A program made the position numbers and the translations under genes. A stretch of DNA of 64,000 bases from Proteromonas lacertae (taxonomy: Eukaryota). Shown here one piece after another: positions 51,424 through 64,000 of the stretch. Within the stretch, counting starts at the first letter, position 1. The number at the start of each line of letters is the position of its first letter. The DNA is taken from positions 1 through 64,000 of the forward strand of contig NGBS01000604.1 of the NCBI GenBank assembly GCA_002245135.1. The letters are read 5' to 3'. A model generated the notes under the pieces. The model ran no database searches, was not told the DNA's origin, and saw only the letters and a program-made list of their open reading frames with translations.

Positions 51424-54400
51424 ATGTTGCATTTGATAGATAAAGTGTTATATGCTAAATTAGCATGTGATATGAAAGTATTATAATTAATTTATTTTTA
51501 TTAGGAGAAAGAGAGAATAGAAAGAAGTGTTAATGAGTTAGATTTAGTTGTAGAATATGAAACTGATATTCAAAAGTTGAAAGTGTTTAATGTATGTGAA
51601 ATAAAAGAGAAGCGAATATTAAAATTGTTAGAAAATAAGTGTTTGTTGTTAGTTTGTTGTTCCTCCTTCATTTGTCGATATAGAGTGTATGATATGAATG
51701 ATGATGGTGAATATATGATATATTGTAGAGAATATTACAGTAGAGACTTGAAAGAGATAGTTTCTAAAAATTGTTTATGTGTGAATGAAATATGTGATAT
51801 AATAAGTTCAATATGTGATGATGTAATGGTAATGAATGAAAATGAGATTGTAGTAGGTAATTTGAAGAGTAGTAATGTGATATATGAAGAGAATGGTATT
51901 TTAAAGTTATGTGATTTATGTTTGAATGAAATAAGAAAAGAAGAAGATATGAGATTGTATGATATATGCTTCACAAGTCCAGAAGAGTTGAATGGATTAG
52001 AATATGATGAAGGAAGTGTGATTTGGTCAATTGGGTGTATATTATATGAAATGATGTTTAAGAAATTACCATTTTCAGAAGATAATAATATTTTTAAAAC
52101 AAGAGAGAATATTGTGAGATGTAAATACAATATAGATGTAGAATGTGATGATAGAATGAAAGAGATGATATGTAGAATGTTGAAATTGAAGAATGAAGAT
52201 AGAATGAGTTTGAAAGAGTTGAAGAAAGAAATGATAAAAATGAGTGAAATATTGATAGATGAAGGTGATAATATGATGATATGTGAAGAAAGAAAAGAAA
52301 TGTTATATAATAATGATAATACAATTGTTAGACTTCCAATAGAATATCCATCAAAATATTATATTGAAAGTGAAAAAAGAGAAGTGATTAGAGATAAATT
52401 GATAGAATCCTACAATATTCAACCAAATGAAAGAATATTGTCAATATTATTGATGATGAAAATGTACAAAGAAGATAATTCAATTGAAGATAGATTGAAA
52501 TATCAAATACATCATAAATGTAAATATGGAGAATGTAATTTAGATGAGATAATATTTAAGATAAAAAGTGATTATTTCGATAAAGAAATGATGGAAATAA
52601 AATCATATTGTATATTTAAATGTGAAGAAGGACTGAATTATTTATTTAGAATATTGAGAAAAATCAATCCAACTAAGCTGTTATTTAGTATTTTTCTATA
52701 TATTGTTATTTGTATAGATTATATTCAGATACCAATTATTCATCAATCATTATTTGGATCATATTTGACTGGATTATCAAATCTACAAACATTATATTTA
52801 TCAAGTTGTAATCTTACTTCCTATTTCATTGAATTGTTTGTTAAATCAATTCCATTAATGAAATTGAAATATATAAATCTTCATTGTATTTATAATCATA
52901 TTGTTATTCTATGAAATAGGTAATCGAATTGGTGTGAAAGGATTTAAATTGTTACTTCCATATTTGAATTTATTAATCAACAAAAACATAGAATTGGATT
53001 TTTATGGAATGAATTTAAATGATGAATGTATGATGTTATTATCATCAGAATTATATAAATATCCAAATCTTAATAAAATAGATATTCAATACAACCAAAA
53101 CATTTATTCAAAGGGATTAAAAGCCTTATTCTCCAAATTTCCTGTCTCAAAAATAAAGTTTGATTTTAATAGAAGTAAAGAATTACTGATTGATAAAGAC
53201 ATTCCTGAATTAGTCAAATATATAATAAATCGATGCAATGAATTATATCTGATTAATTCAGAAATAGATGATGATATTATCAAAACATTCATTTCATTAA
53301 GATCAAATGAATTGAAAGAAATAGAAGTGTTATATTTGAGTTGTAAAATTTTGATATTTTTATTATTATATAGATAATAAACTAACATATAAAAGTATAG
53401 AAATACTGATTAACAATTTATCTTCATTTACAAGTCTTGAAGAACTTCAATTGAATGGTAATGAAATAGGAGATGAAGGAATGAAAATATTATCTCCACA
53501 TTTGAGTCTATTAAAAGAATGGAATGATAGAATAGATTGTTCAAGTATCAATACTATCTTTTAATACTCAATAGAAATGGGATTATCTTCAATTGGATTG
53601 AAGTATTTATTAGATGGTTTAAAGAGTATTCATCAAAAGATCAGATTGGATATAAGTGATAATAATATAGATTCAGAAGGAATAGAATATTTGATGAATT
53701 ATGTGAAAGAAAATGATAATATTAATAGATTGAATATTCATGGTATATTTATGGTAGTTTTTAATTTGTTTAATAGATAATACAATTGGTAATGCTGGAT
53801 TTAAGCTATTAAAAGAGAATATAAAACTGCTTATATATTATTGCTATTTAGATTTAACCAATATCTCAATAGATGATGAAAGTGTGATATTATTAGCTGA
53901 TAAGATAGATTCAATTTCTAATTGCAACACAATAGACTTAAATGGAAATAATATCAGAATGAATGGATTAAAATCAATTTGTTCCAAAACATTAGAAAAA
54001 GAAGAATATCCATTTATTAAAATGAATAATAAATTATGGAGAAAAGAAGAATTTGAATATTATTTGGATTATTGTATTAAAAAGAATAGAAGAAGTTATG
54101 AAAAATGTTATGATTTTTCGAGTATATTATGTGTGTTTATAATGAAATAGATTTAAATGTGAATGATTCTCATATTTCATTAATAAAACAGATTGATTAT
54201 GAAGAACTTGATTTATCCAATAACAAGATTAGTTGTAATGGATTGAAAGAATTAACAGATTCTTTTCCAGAAAATGTTGAATATATCTCAATTCATAATA
54301 ATGAAATTGGAGATGAAGGAATAGAGATAATATGTAAATATTTAGATAAATTTATTTATTCTACATTATCATTAAACATCTCAAGTATTTAAAATTCTGT

Positions 54401-54709
54401 ATTGTATTGTATATAGAAATTGTGATGAGTGAAAAAGGATTGATGATGTTAATAGAAAGATTAAAAGATAATAAACCATTGACAAATATAAATTTATCAG
54501 GAAATGAATTAGATGAAAGAGAATTGAGATTAATGAAAGAAAACAAAGAAGTATTTGAAGATTTAGAAAAATTATCAATAACATTAAAAGAAGATATAGA
54601 TAAATCAGAATTAAAATCATTTTTAGAAACATTTACATCAATTGGTAAAGTTGGATGGGATAGAAGAAGAAGAAAAGGAAGAACTATCAAAAGAATATTT
54701 GAATGTTAA
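51424..54709 (+). CDS. LRR family copy E: pseudokinase-LRR
   Basis: Same exon structure as B; directly follows the intact gene whose 3' end is captured in the A-C array. Confidence 0.88.
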
Positions 54710-55583
54710 ATAATTCAAATATTAGTTGTTTTACTCTATTATTCTTTTATTTGTTAATAATAATGAAAATGTTTATCATACTATACTATACATATTTTCA
54801 TATTTTTTGTTAATATTAAATACTTTCTATATTGTTTTGATCAAATTATTCAAAATACATTATCAAACCATGATCAAGCCTATATAATTTTCATTTGAGA
54901 TTAAAATGTGAATGAAAGAGATTAGTGACTGAATTTATGAATGTGATAAAGTAATTAAGTATCCAGATGAAGAAGATATTTATAAAGTGTATTTAGTAAG
55001 ACAATTAGTTGAAAGAGTGTAAAGAAAAGAAATAAATCATTGTAAAAATTGTTGATTGTTTAGTTAATAGAAGTGAATGGATTAATATAATAGAATAAGA
55101 ATAAGAATGAACATTTATCAAAATTTGTAAATGAATTGAAAATACTTATTCCGTTGCAAATTGAAAATACTATATCTTACAGATATTGTATTATATCATT
55201 ATTGCAAACAATGTGAATTAGGAGATGATGATGTAAATTGTTTTGTGAAAATGTAAAGGTAATGTTAAAATAGAAAAAATTGTAAGTGGCATTTAATCAG
55301 ATAGAAGATATTGGAGGAGATATATTCTAATGGAATTTCTTCCTGTTTTGAAATAGTAATGTGTTTTTGAAATTTCTTCCAACAAGTATTAAATTATGAT
55401 GATTATATGGAGAAAATATAAGATATATTCCCTAATTAGCTACTAATTATAAATCAAATAATATTCTAAAAGAACTGTTGTTAGGTTGTTGAATTAGGGG
55501 ATTTTAAATAATATTATTCTATTCATCTATAGATTGAGTTAAATTCAAAAAAATATTGAAAGTATAGTCGTTTCATAAAAGTG

Positions 55584-56977
55584 ATGGTAAAGAATTTTCG
55601 TATTTATATAATGAAATAGGAATTAATAGAAAAAGAATCACTACTATTAGAGGTTGATAGTGAAGATAGAAGGTATTCAAAAATTGAAATAAAAGAAGAT
55701 AGAATTAGCTTAAGCGAAAAGAAGAAAGGCAGTTGTATATATAAATATAATTACATGTTAGATTAATATTGATATAGTTTTTCATCGAATTGCTGTATTT
55801 TTTAGTAGTTTATTTTTACCAGTTGGTTATCCCAGTTCAGTAGAAGATGAATATCTAAAATTTCAATTTTGGGATACAGTCCAAGCTCTTTGTAGCTATT
55901 TACGTGGTATTTTATCAATGAAAGCAATATTAGAAGGTTTAGGAGTAGGAAAAAGTGAAGCAACAGCAGCTGGTGCAGTTATTCAATGGATAATGAAAGA
56001 TGGAATGAGTATGATAGGTGGTATACTATTTTCATGGTGGGGCTGTAATAGATTTGATGAAGATATTTGTAGTTGGAGATTATTTGCAGATTTAATAAAT
56101 GATATTGGATTATTTTTAGAAATGTTAGCACCTCTATTTCCATCTAAATTTCTATTGATTTTAAGTATTGGTTCAATATGTAAGTCACTATGTGGTGTTA
56201 GTGCAGGTGCTACTCGAAGTTGTATAACTTGTCATTTATCAAAAAAGAATAATATGGGAGATGTTGGTGCAAAAGAAAATACACAGGAAACTGGAATAAC
56301 ATTAGTTGGATTAGTTTTAGGAATATATTTATCTCCTGTATTAAATCGTAATATTTATATTGGTTGGATATCTTTTATTATTTTGACAATAATTCATATG
56401 ATTAGTAATTATTATGGAGTAAAATGTTTGAAACTTAGATATATTAACAAAGAAAGAAGCAAATTGTTGTGGAATGCTTATAAAAACAAAGAAAATGATG
56501 TATTTTTATATATAATATTATATTATATTATATATATAGGAAATGCAATTATCATCAATATTTAATAAAGAACATATATTTTACTTTATATTTAATAAAT
56601 ACAACATAAATATCGGTGTAGATGATAATAATTTAAATCTCTACAATTCCGAAGATGTAATTAAAAGTATAAGAATATTTAAAAATGAGAAATTTATAAT
56701 AATTCCATATCATAATCAATCGTTTGATGTAATGCTATTAAAAGATGCTACAAGTGAAGATGAATTGAAATGTTATATAATCTGTATAAATGCAATAGAT
56801 AAACAACCAAAAGAGAATGATATTTATAATGTAGAAAATATCGAAAATAGTTATAATTATGTGAAAAGTGAGTGGAATTCATTCTTTAACTTGTTAAATG
56901 AATATGGTTACAACACAAATCATATAGTATTATGTGTAAAACCACGTAGATGGAATATTATAAGAAAAAATGAATAA
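55584..56977 (+). CDS. RUS1/DUF647 (root UVB sensitive, RUSF1) family protein
   Basis: FLPVGYPSSV..YLKFQFWD, WIMKDG, WRLFADLIND, GATR, DVGAKENTQE; three introns. Confidence 0.9.
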
Positions 56978-57078
56978 AAATAAGAATTATCAATCTAATA
57001 TCTATATTTTTGTTAAATTATATATTTGGGATGAAATTAAACACTCACACACAAAAATATCAATCAATATCTTTTTAA

Positions 57079-57868
57079 TTACTTCTTTAAATCACTTTTT
57101 TTCATACATGCAGGTATAAATGGTTTAGCATTTGGATTAATTCCTTTCCCTTCAATCGTTTTTGAAACAACTACAATAGGATCATCAGAATACTCTATCT
57201 CATTTTCAGTTTGTTTAATTGGTTCTTCCGATAATTTTAAATTTTCTACCCATTTCAATGATTCTTCTTCTGCAAGATCATTTTTCTCTTCTTTAGCACT
57301 TTCTGGGGTTTGGGGTGACAAAGAACTATAAATCTTTTTTTTTGCTTCTTCATATGATCTTTCTTTGGTTTCTATTGGTGTAGTTGATTTAACTATTTGT
57401 ATATTTGGAGTTTGTTGTGGATTTGGATCCTTTCGTTTCAACATCATCTTCATTTTTGGTTTTAATTCAGCTTTTGGTTTGTTTATCTCTTCTTCATAAT
57501 GTGGAATGCCTTTAATATTATTTAAAAATGTTGGACATCTGGTAGATTTTGTTTTGGATATGTCTATAAATGCTCCACTGTCTGATGTTTTTAAAGTATA
57601 TTTCATTAGAAATCTTAATGCTAAATCAATGACTACTTGTTTTTGTGATATAGTCAAAGGTCCAAATCTGATATTAGTAGATATACTGCTTTCAAAATTC
57701 CTTAATTCTTGTTCAATATGAAATATATATTTGAATAGTCTGATTCAAATATATAATAAATAGCATACTCTGAATCTTGAGTGTATAGTGCTTCAAGGAG
57801 TGATTCTGATAAATCATCCTCATCTCTAAATAAAGTATATTTCAATTAGAGATATACAATTTAGACAT
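57079..57868 (-). CDS. R3H/SUZ-like RNA-binding protein with PAM2 motif
   Basis: Degenerate R3H region, KERSYEEAKKKIY (SUZ-like), INPNAKPFIP (PAM2). Confidence 0.7.
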
Positions 57869-58001
57869 ATCCCTAGCAAAGGAGTTTTTCATTTACAGTC
57901 AAACTCTTGAGCATTTCACAACAAAAAGCAAAAATGAAAATAGGTTTTAATATGTCAAATTTGTACCGTAAATTACATTAATATTTCTAAATTATTCTAA
58001 A

Positions 58002-59853
58002 ATGGTCAAAGAGTGTCCATCGATTTTTAAATTTGATATTTATGGCACTGCAGAGGAAGCTAGAAAGAAACTACAAGATGCAGAGAATACAGTTGTGAAT
58101 AGTGTTACAAATCTTGCCAAAACGTGCTTAAGTAAAAATCAAAAATACTGTGATCCTGATTTTGGTCCAACAGCGAAAGATCCTGCAGGAATGAACTGTA
58201 TAGCTAAAGATGGTAAAGTATAACTGCTTTGTCAAAATTTTATTATTATTAAATATAGATACCAGCTAGTTTGAAAGACTTATCTAAAGCTAAATGGAGA
58301 TGGGCAAGACCTGGTTATGAAGTATTAATAATAGTAATTATTTTGTATAGGGAGTAGAAAAAATAGGAAGTGAACCAACCTATTGTGATGATGCAAAAGT
58401 ATTTTGCAATGGGTTCAATGCAAACGATGTAGAACAAGGAATCTTAGGTGATTGTTGGTTTTTAGGTGCTTTGTCATTACTAGCAAGTCAACCAGTTTAT
58501 TTAGAAAATATCATTTATTTAAATCCTGACAAAGAAATCGCAAAGTTGTGGGTAAAAATAGGTGTTTGGGTTTGTCGATTTATTAAAGATAGTTATTATT
58601 ATTATGTAATAATCGATGATAGAATAGTAGTATATGATACAGAAGGAAGTTTAAGAAATAAAGTATATAAATCTAATTTATATATATAGCCATTATTTGC
58701 TCGTTGTAAACATGGTCATATATTATGGATGTCTTTAATCGAAAAAGCATATGCAAAATTAAACCATTGTTATATCAACCTAATTGGTGGTTTAACTCAT
58801 TATGCATTGAGAGATTTGACTGGTTTATGTCCTGTAGTATTACAACATCATTTTAGTAATAAATCAATCAAAGATACATTAAGTCAACTTCAATTCAGTG
58901 ATAATAGTTTATGGGAATTTGTTAAACAACAATGTAGTCGTGGTGCTTTATTAGCTTGTTCAATTCCAATAAAACCAAAATGTTGTAAGTGTTTTCCGAA
59001 TTGGTTTAATCATAAAGTTAAAAGTAATGGTTTAATTGCAAAACATACTTATTCAGTACTTGGTACTTTAGAAATCAATACATGTTGTTGTGTCAATACT
59101 CGATTTATAGTATTAAGAAATCCATGGGGTAAAGCAAGCTGGAGTGGAAATTGGAGTCGTAAAAGTTGTAAATTTGGTTATTATCATAAAGAGATCGAAA
59201 ATAGTTGGAAAAATCGTTTAATAATTCGAAACAGTGCAGTTACTCATAAGGATTATGGTCGAGATGCTCGAGATGAGTTGTTATTTAATGAAGGAGAAGA
59301 AGATGGAATATTTTTAATGAAATATAATGATTGGAAGAATTATTATAATAATATTGGAATGGTAATAAAATTCCCTGATAATTGGCGTGGATATCGAGTT
59401 AGAGGTGAATGGGATGGAAGTAAAAATTATACAAATCATTCCTTTGAAATTCTTGATGATAATAGTAGTGTATTTATTCAACTAAGTCAGCCTGAAAATC
59501 GTGGTGAAAATAAAGATAGTTTTGCAATAGGTTTTACATTAAAACCAAATCCTTTACATAAACTACCTGTATTTACAGTAGGTGGTGCTAACTTATCAGG
59601 TGTTTTACCGAAAGGCAAATATTCAATAATTCCAAAACCTTATGATGAGAATAAGAAAGGTAAATATATTTTATCATTTTATAGTGATAAAGAAGAAGTG
59701 ATGTTAAATGGAGGAGTGATAATATCTGAAGAAGAAGAAAGACCAGAAGGTCGAGTATACAAAGAAGATATATATGAGAGAAAATGTTTATTTATGAAAA
59801 AGAAGAAAGGAAGTGTAATAAAGAATGCTTATAAAACATCTATTGTAGTTTAG
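58002..59853 (+). CDS. Calpain-family cysteine protease
   Basis: QGILGDCWFL, SLIEKAYAKL, HTYSV, LRNPWG: catalytic triad intact; domain III-like tail. Confidence 0.92.
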
Positions 59854-60491
59854 AAATATTTTCTTTTTTGTTGTTGTTGTTGTTATTGTTTATAAGAATA
59901 GGTAAATTACAATATCATATTCAGTTAATACTCGTTATATGAAATATAACACTCATTACATTATATATTGACATTTTCTTTTAATCTTTCTGCAATTTAT
60001 CATATTAACAAAACATTAGAATTTAAATACATGTGAATTCATACTCTGTTGTGAATATTCCTATATTCATTTACATATTTTGATAAATGTTCATTCTTAT
60101 TCTTATTCTTTCCTAATAATCCATTCACTTCTATTAACTAAACAATCAACAATTTCTACAATGATTCATTTCTTTTCTTTACACTTTTTCAACTAATTGT
60201 TTTATTATACACACTTTATATATATCTTCTTCATCTGTATACTCAATTACTTTATCACATTCATAAATTCAGTCACTAATCTCTTTCATTCACATTTTAA
60301 TCTCAAATGAAAATTATATAGGCTTGATCATGGTTTGATAATGTATTTTGAATAATTTGATCAAAACAATATAGAAAGTATTTAATATTAACAAAAAATA
60401 TGAAAATATGTATAGTATAGTATGATAAACATTTTCATTATTATTAACAAATAAAAGAATAATAGAGTAAAACAACTAATATTTGAATTAT

Positions 60492-63400
60492 TTAACATTC
60501 AAATATTCTTTTGATAGTTCTTCCTTTTCTTCTTCTTCTATCCCATCCAACTTTACCAATTGATGTAAATGTTTCTAAAAATGATTTTAATTCTGATTTA
60601 TCTATATCTTCTTTTAATGTTATTGATAATTTTTCTAAATCTTCAAATACTTCTTTGTTTTCTTTCATTAATCTCAATTCTCTTTCATCTAATTCATTTC
60701 CTGATAAATTTATATTTGCCAATGGTTTATTATCTTTTAATCTTTCTATTAACATCATCAATCCTTTTTCACTCATCACAATTTCTATATACAATACAAT
60801 ACAGAATTTTAAATACTTGAGATGTTTAATGATGATAAATTAACGAATTTATCTAAATATTTACATATTATCTCTATTCCTTCATCTCCAATTTCATTAT
60901 TATGAATTGAGATATATTCAACATCTTTTGGAAAAGAATCTACTAATCTTGTTATTGGATAAATCAAGATATTTATAATCAATCTGTTTTATTAATGAAA
61001 TATGAGAATCATTCACATTTAAATCTATTTCATTATAAACACACATAATATACTCGAAAAATCATAACATTTTCCATAACCTTTTCTATTCTTTTTAATA
61101 CAATAATCCAAATAATATTCAAATTCATCTTTTCTCCATGATTTATTATTCATTTTAATAAATGGATATTCTTCTTTTTCTAATGTTTTGGAACAAATTG
61201 ATTTTAATCCATTCATTCTGATATTATTTTCACTTAAGTTTATTGTGTTGCAATTAGAAATTGAATCTATCTTATCAGCTAATAATATCACACTTTCATC
61301 ATCTATTGAGATATTACTCAAATTCATTCTATCCAACTTATTGACAACATTCAAATTGTTTATTAATAGCTTAAATCCAGCATTACCAATTGGATTATCT
61401 ATTAAACAAATTAAAAACTACCATAAATATACTTTGAATATTCAATCTATTAATATTATCATTTTCTTTCACATAATTCATCAAATATTCTATTCCATCC
61501 AAATCTATATTATTATCACTTATATCAAGTTCAATCTTTTGATGAATACTCTTTAAACCATCTAATAAATACTTCAATCCAATTGAAGATAATCCCATTT
61601 CTATTGAGTATTAAATGATAGTATTTATACTTGAACAATCTATTCTATCATCCCATTCTTTTAATAGACGCAAATGTGGAGATAATATTTTCATTCCTTC
61701 ATCTCCTATTTCATTTCCATATAATTCAAGATATTTAAGATTTGGAAATGTAGATAAATTGTCAATCAATATTTCTATACTTTTATATGTTAGTTTATTA
61801 TCTATATAATAATAAAAATATCAAATTTTACAACTCAAATATAACACTTCTATTTCTTTCAATTCATTTGATCTTAATGAAATGAATCTTTTGAAAATAT
61901 CATCATCTATTTCTAAATTAATCAGAAATAATTCATTGTATTGGTTTATATATTTGAATAATTCAGGAATGTCTTTATCAATTAACTCTTTACAAGCATC
62001 ACAATATATATTTCGAAATTTGGAGAATAAGGCTTTTAATCCCTTTGAATAAATGTTTTGGTTGTATTGAATATCTATTTTATTAAGATTTGGATATTTA
62101 TATAATTCTGATGATAATAACATCATACATTCATCATTTAATTTCATTCCTCTAAGATCTAATTCATTATCTTTGTTGATTAATAAATTCAAATATGGAA
62201 GTAACAATTTAAATCCTTTCACACCAATTCGATTATCTATTTCAAAAAATAACAATATGATTATAAATACATCGAAGATCTAAATATTTCAATTTCATTA
62301 ATGGAATTGATTTAACAAACAATTCAATGAAATAGGAAGTAAGATTACAACTTGATAAATATAATGTTTGTAGATTTGATAATCCAGTCAAATATGATCC
62401 AAATAATGATTGACGAATAATTGGTATCTGAATATAATCTATACAAATAACAATATATAGAAAAATACTAAATAACAGCTTAGTTGGATTGATTTTTCTC
62501 AATATTCTAAATAAATAATTCATTCCTTCTTCACACAAACATATACGATCTGGTTCTATTTTCATCATTTCTTTATCGAAATAATTGCTTTTTATCTTAA
62601 ATATTATCTCATCTAAATTACATTCTCCATATTTACATTTATGATGTATTTGATATTTCAATCTATCTTCAATTGAATTATCTTCTTTGTACATTTTCAT
62701 CATCAATAATATTGACAATATTCTTTCATTTGGTTGAATATTGTAGGATTCTATCAATTTATCTCTAATCACTTCTCTTTTTTCACTTTCAATATAATAT
62801 TTTGATGGATATTCTATTGGAAGTCTAACAATTGTATTATCATTATTATATAACATTTCTTTTCTTTCTTCACATATCATCATATTATCACCTTCATCTA
62901 TCAATATTTCACTCATTTTTATCATTTCTTTCTTCAACTCTTTCAAACTCATTCTATCTTCATTCTTCACTTTCAACATTCTACATATCATCTCTTTCAT
63001 TCTATCATCACATTCTACATCTATATTGTATTTACATCTCACAATATTCTCTCTTGTTTTAAAAATATTATTATCTTCTGAAAATGGTAATTTCTTAAAC
63101 ATCATTTCATATAATATACACCCAATTGACCAAATCACACTTCCTTCATCATATTCTAATCCATTCAACTCTTCTGGACTTGTGAAGCATATATCATACA
63201 ATCTCATATCTTCTTCTTTTCTTATTTCATTCAAACATAAATCACATAACTTTAAAATACCATTCTCTTCATATATCACATTACTACTCTTCAAATTACC
63301 TACTACAATCTCATTTTCATTCAATACCATTACATCATCACATATTGAACTTATTATATCACATATTTCATTCACACATAAACAATTTTTAGAAACTATC

Positions 63401-63732
63401 TCTTTCAAGTCTCTACTGTAATATTCTCTACAATATATCATATATTCACCATCATCATTCATATCATACACTCTATATCGACAAATGAAGGAGGAACAAC
63501 AAACTAACAACAAACACTTATTTTCTAACAATTTTAATATTCGCTTCTCTTTTATTTCACATACATTAAACACTTTCAACTTTTGAATATCAGTTTCATA
63601 TTCTACAACTAAATCTAACTCATTAACACTTCTTTCTATTCTCTCTTTCTCCTAATAAAAATAAATTAATTATAATACTTTCATATCACATGCTAATTTA
63701 GCATATAACACTTTATCTATCAAATGCAACAT
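60492..63732 (-). pseudogene. LRR family copy F: pseudokinase-LRR with a 23-nt frameshifting deletion in the penultimate exon
   Basis: Inverted copy of E; lacks TGTAATGGATTGAAAGAATTAAC at ~60941, giving an early TGA. Confidence 0.75.
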
Positions 63733-64000
63733 TTCAAAATATTGAGTCGTTTCATTTATGGAATTTTTTATTTACATACACAGAAATCATTCTTACACAA
63801 TATTTGTTTATTATATTCATGTTTATTAACACTTGAAAAACAACTTTATATAGAAAAAATAACATAAATATTTTGAAAGTGTTATCTTTACTCATTCTTA
63901 ACTTTCCAAATACCTAAACTATAACAACTCTTTATTATCATTAATTCTCTTAACATCGAGATTGAACTTTCAATTATACTGATTTTTGAACCATCAACTT

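Larger units (their letters stand above)
51309..63847. repeat. ~3.8-kb inverted repeat (arms ~51309-55137 and ~60066-63847)
   Basis: Copies E and F plus flanks are reverse complements; the spacer holds the RUS1, R3H and calpain genes. Confidence 0.92.

Noticed and set aside
2133..59853. Alternative genetic code or stop readthrough explaining fragmented ORFs
   Set aside because: The breaks resolve with canonical short GT-AG introns under the standard code.

Overview
This is a very AT-rich, gene-dense eukaryotic window with many short (mostly 25-45 nt) GTA...TAG spliceosomal introns. The style fits a Blastocystis/Proteromonas-like stramenopile, but that is inference only. The ORF track fragments most genes, so I spliced them by hand. 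Housekeeping genes include B9D1, eIF2-gamma (three apparent 1-nt indels), a UBE2G/Ubc7-type E2, a CCR4-like nuclease, a DENND11-like protein, an atypical MAPK, a CAMK-group kinase, NDK, RCC1-BTB, HAT-repeat, ATAD3-like, TMEM198-like, TMEM87-like, Dbf4-like, PRA1, RUS1, R3H-SUZ-PAM2 and calpain genes. The main accessory feature is a six-member (pseudo)kinase-LRR family, here called copies A-F. A, B and C form a ~4.2-kb tandem array, D is a truncated chimeric copy, and E and F are an inverted pair. The dead-kinase halves are almost identical between copies. The exposed LRR strand residues are hypervariable and shared in a codon-scale patchwork, and every LRR intron is phase 1 in the same repeat register. 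This is a candidate gene-conversion-diversified recognition (immune-like) receptor system. The window also holds a 1160-bp decayed hAT element with an 8-bp TSD in copy C, and several unusual proteins: an Hsp110-type NBD fused to Tudor-like repeats, an S74 chaperone-like domain fused to ATAD3, Dbf4 fused to WW/IQ-like motifs, and an intronless atypical kinase.
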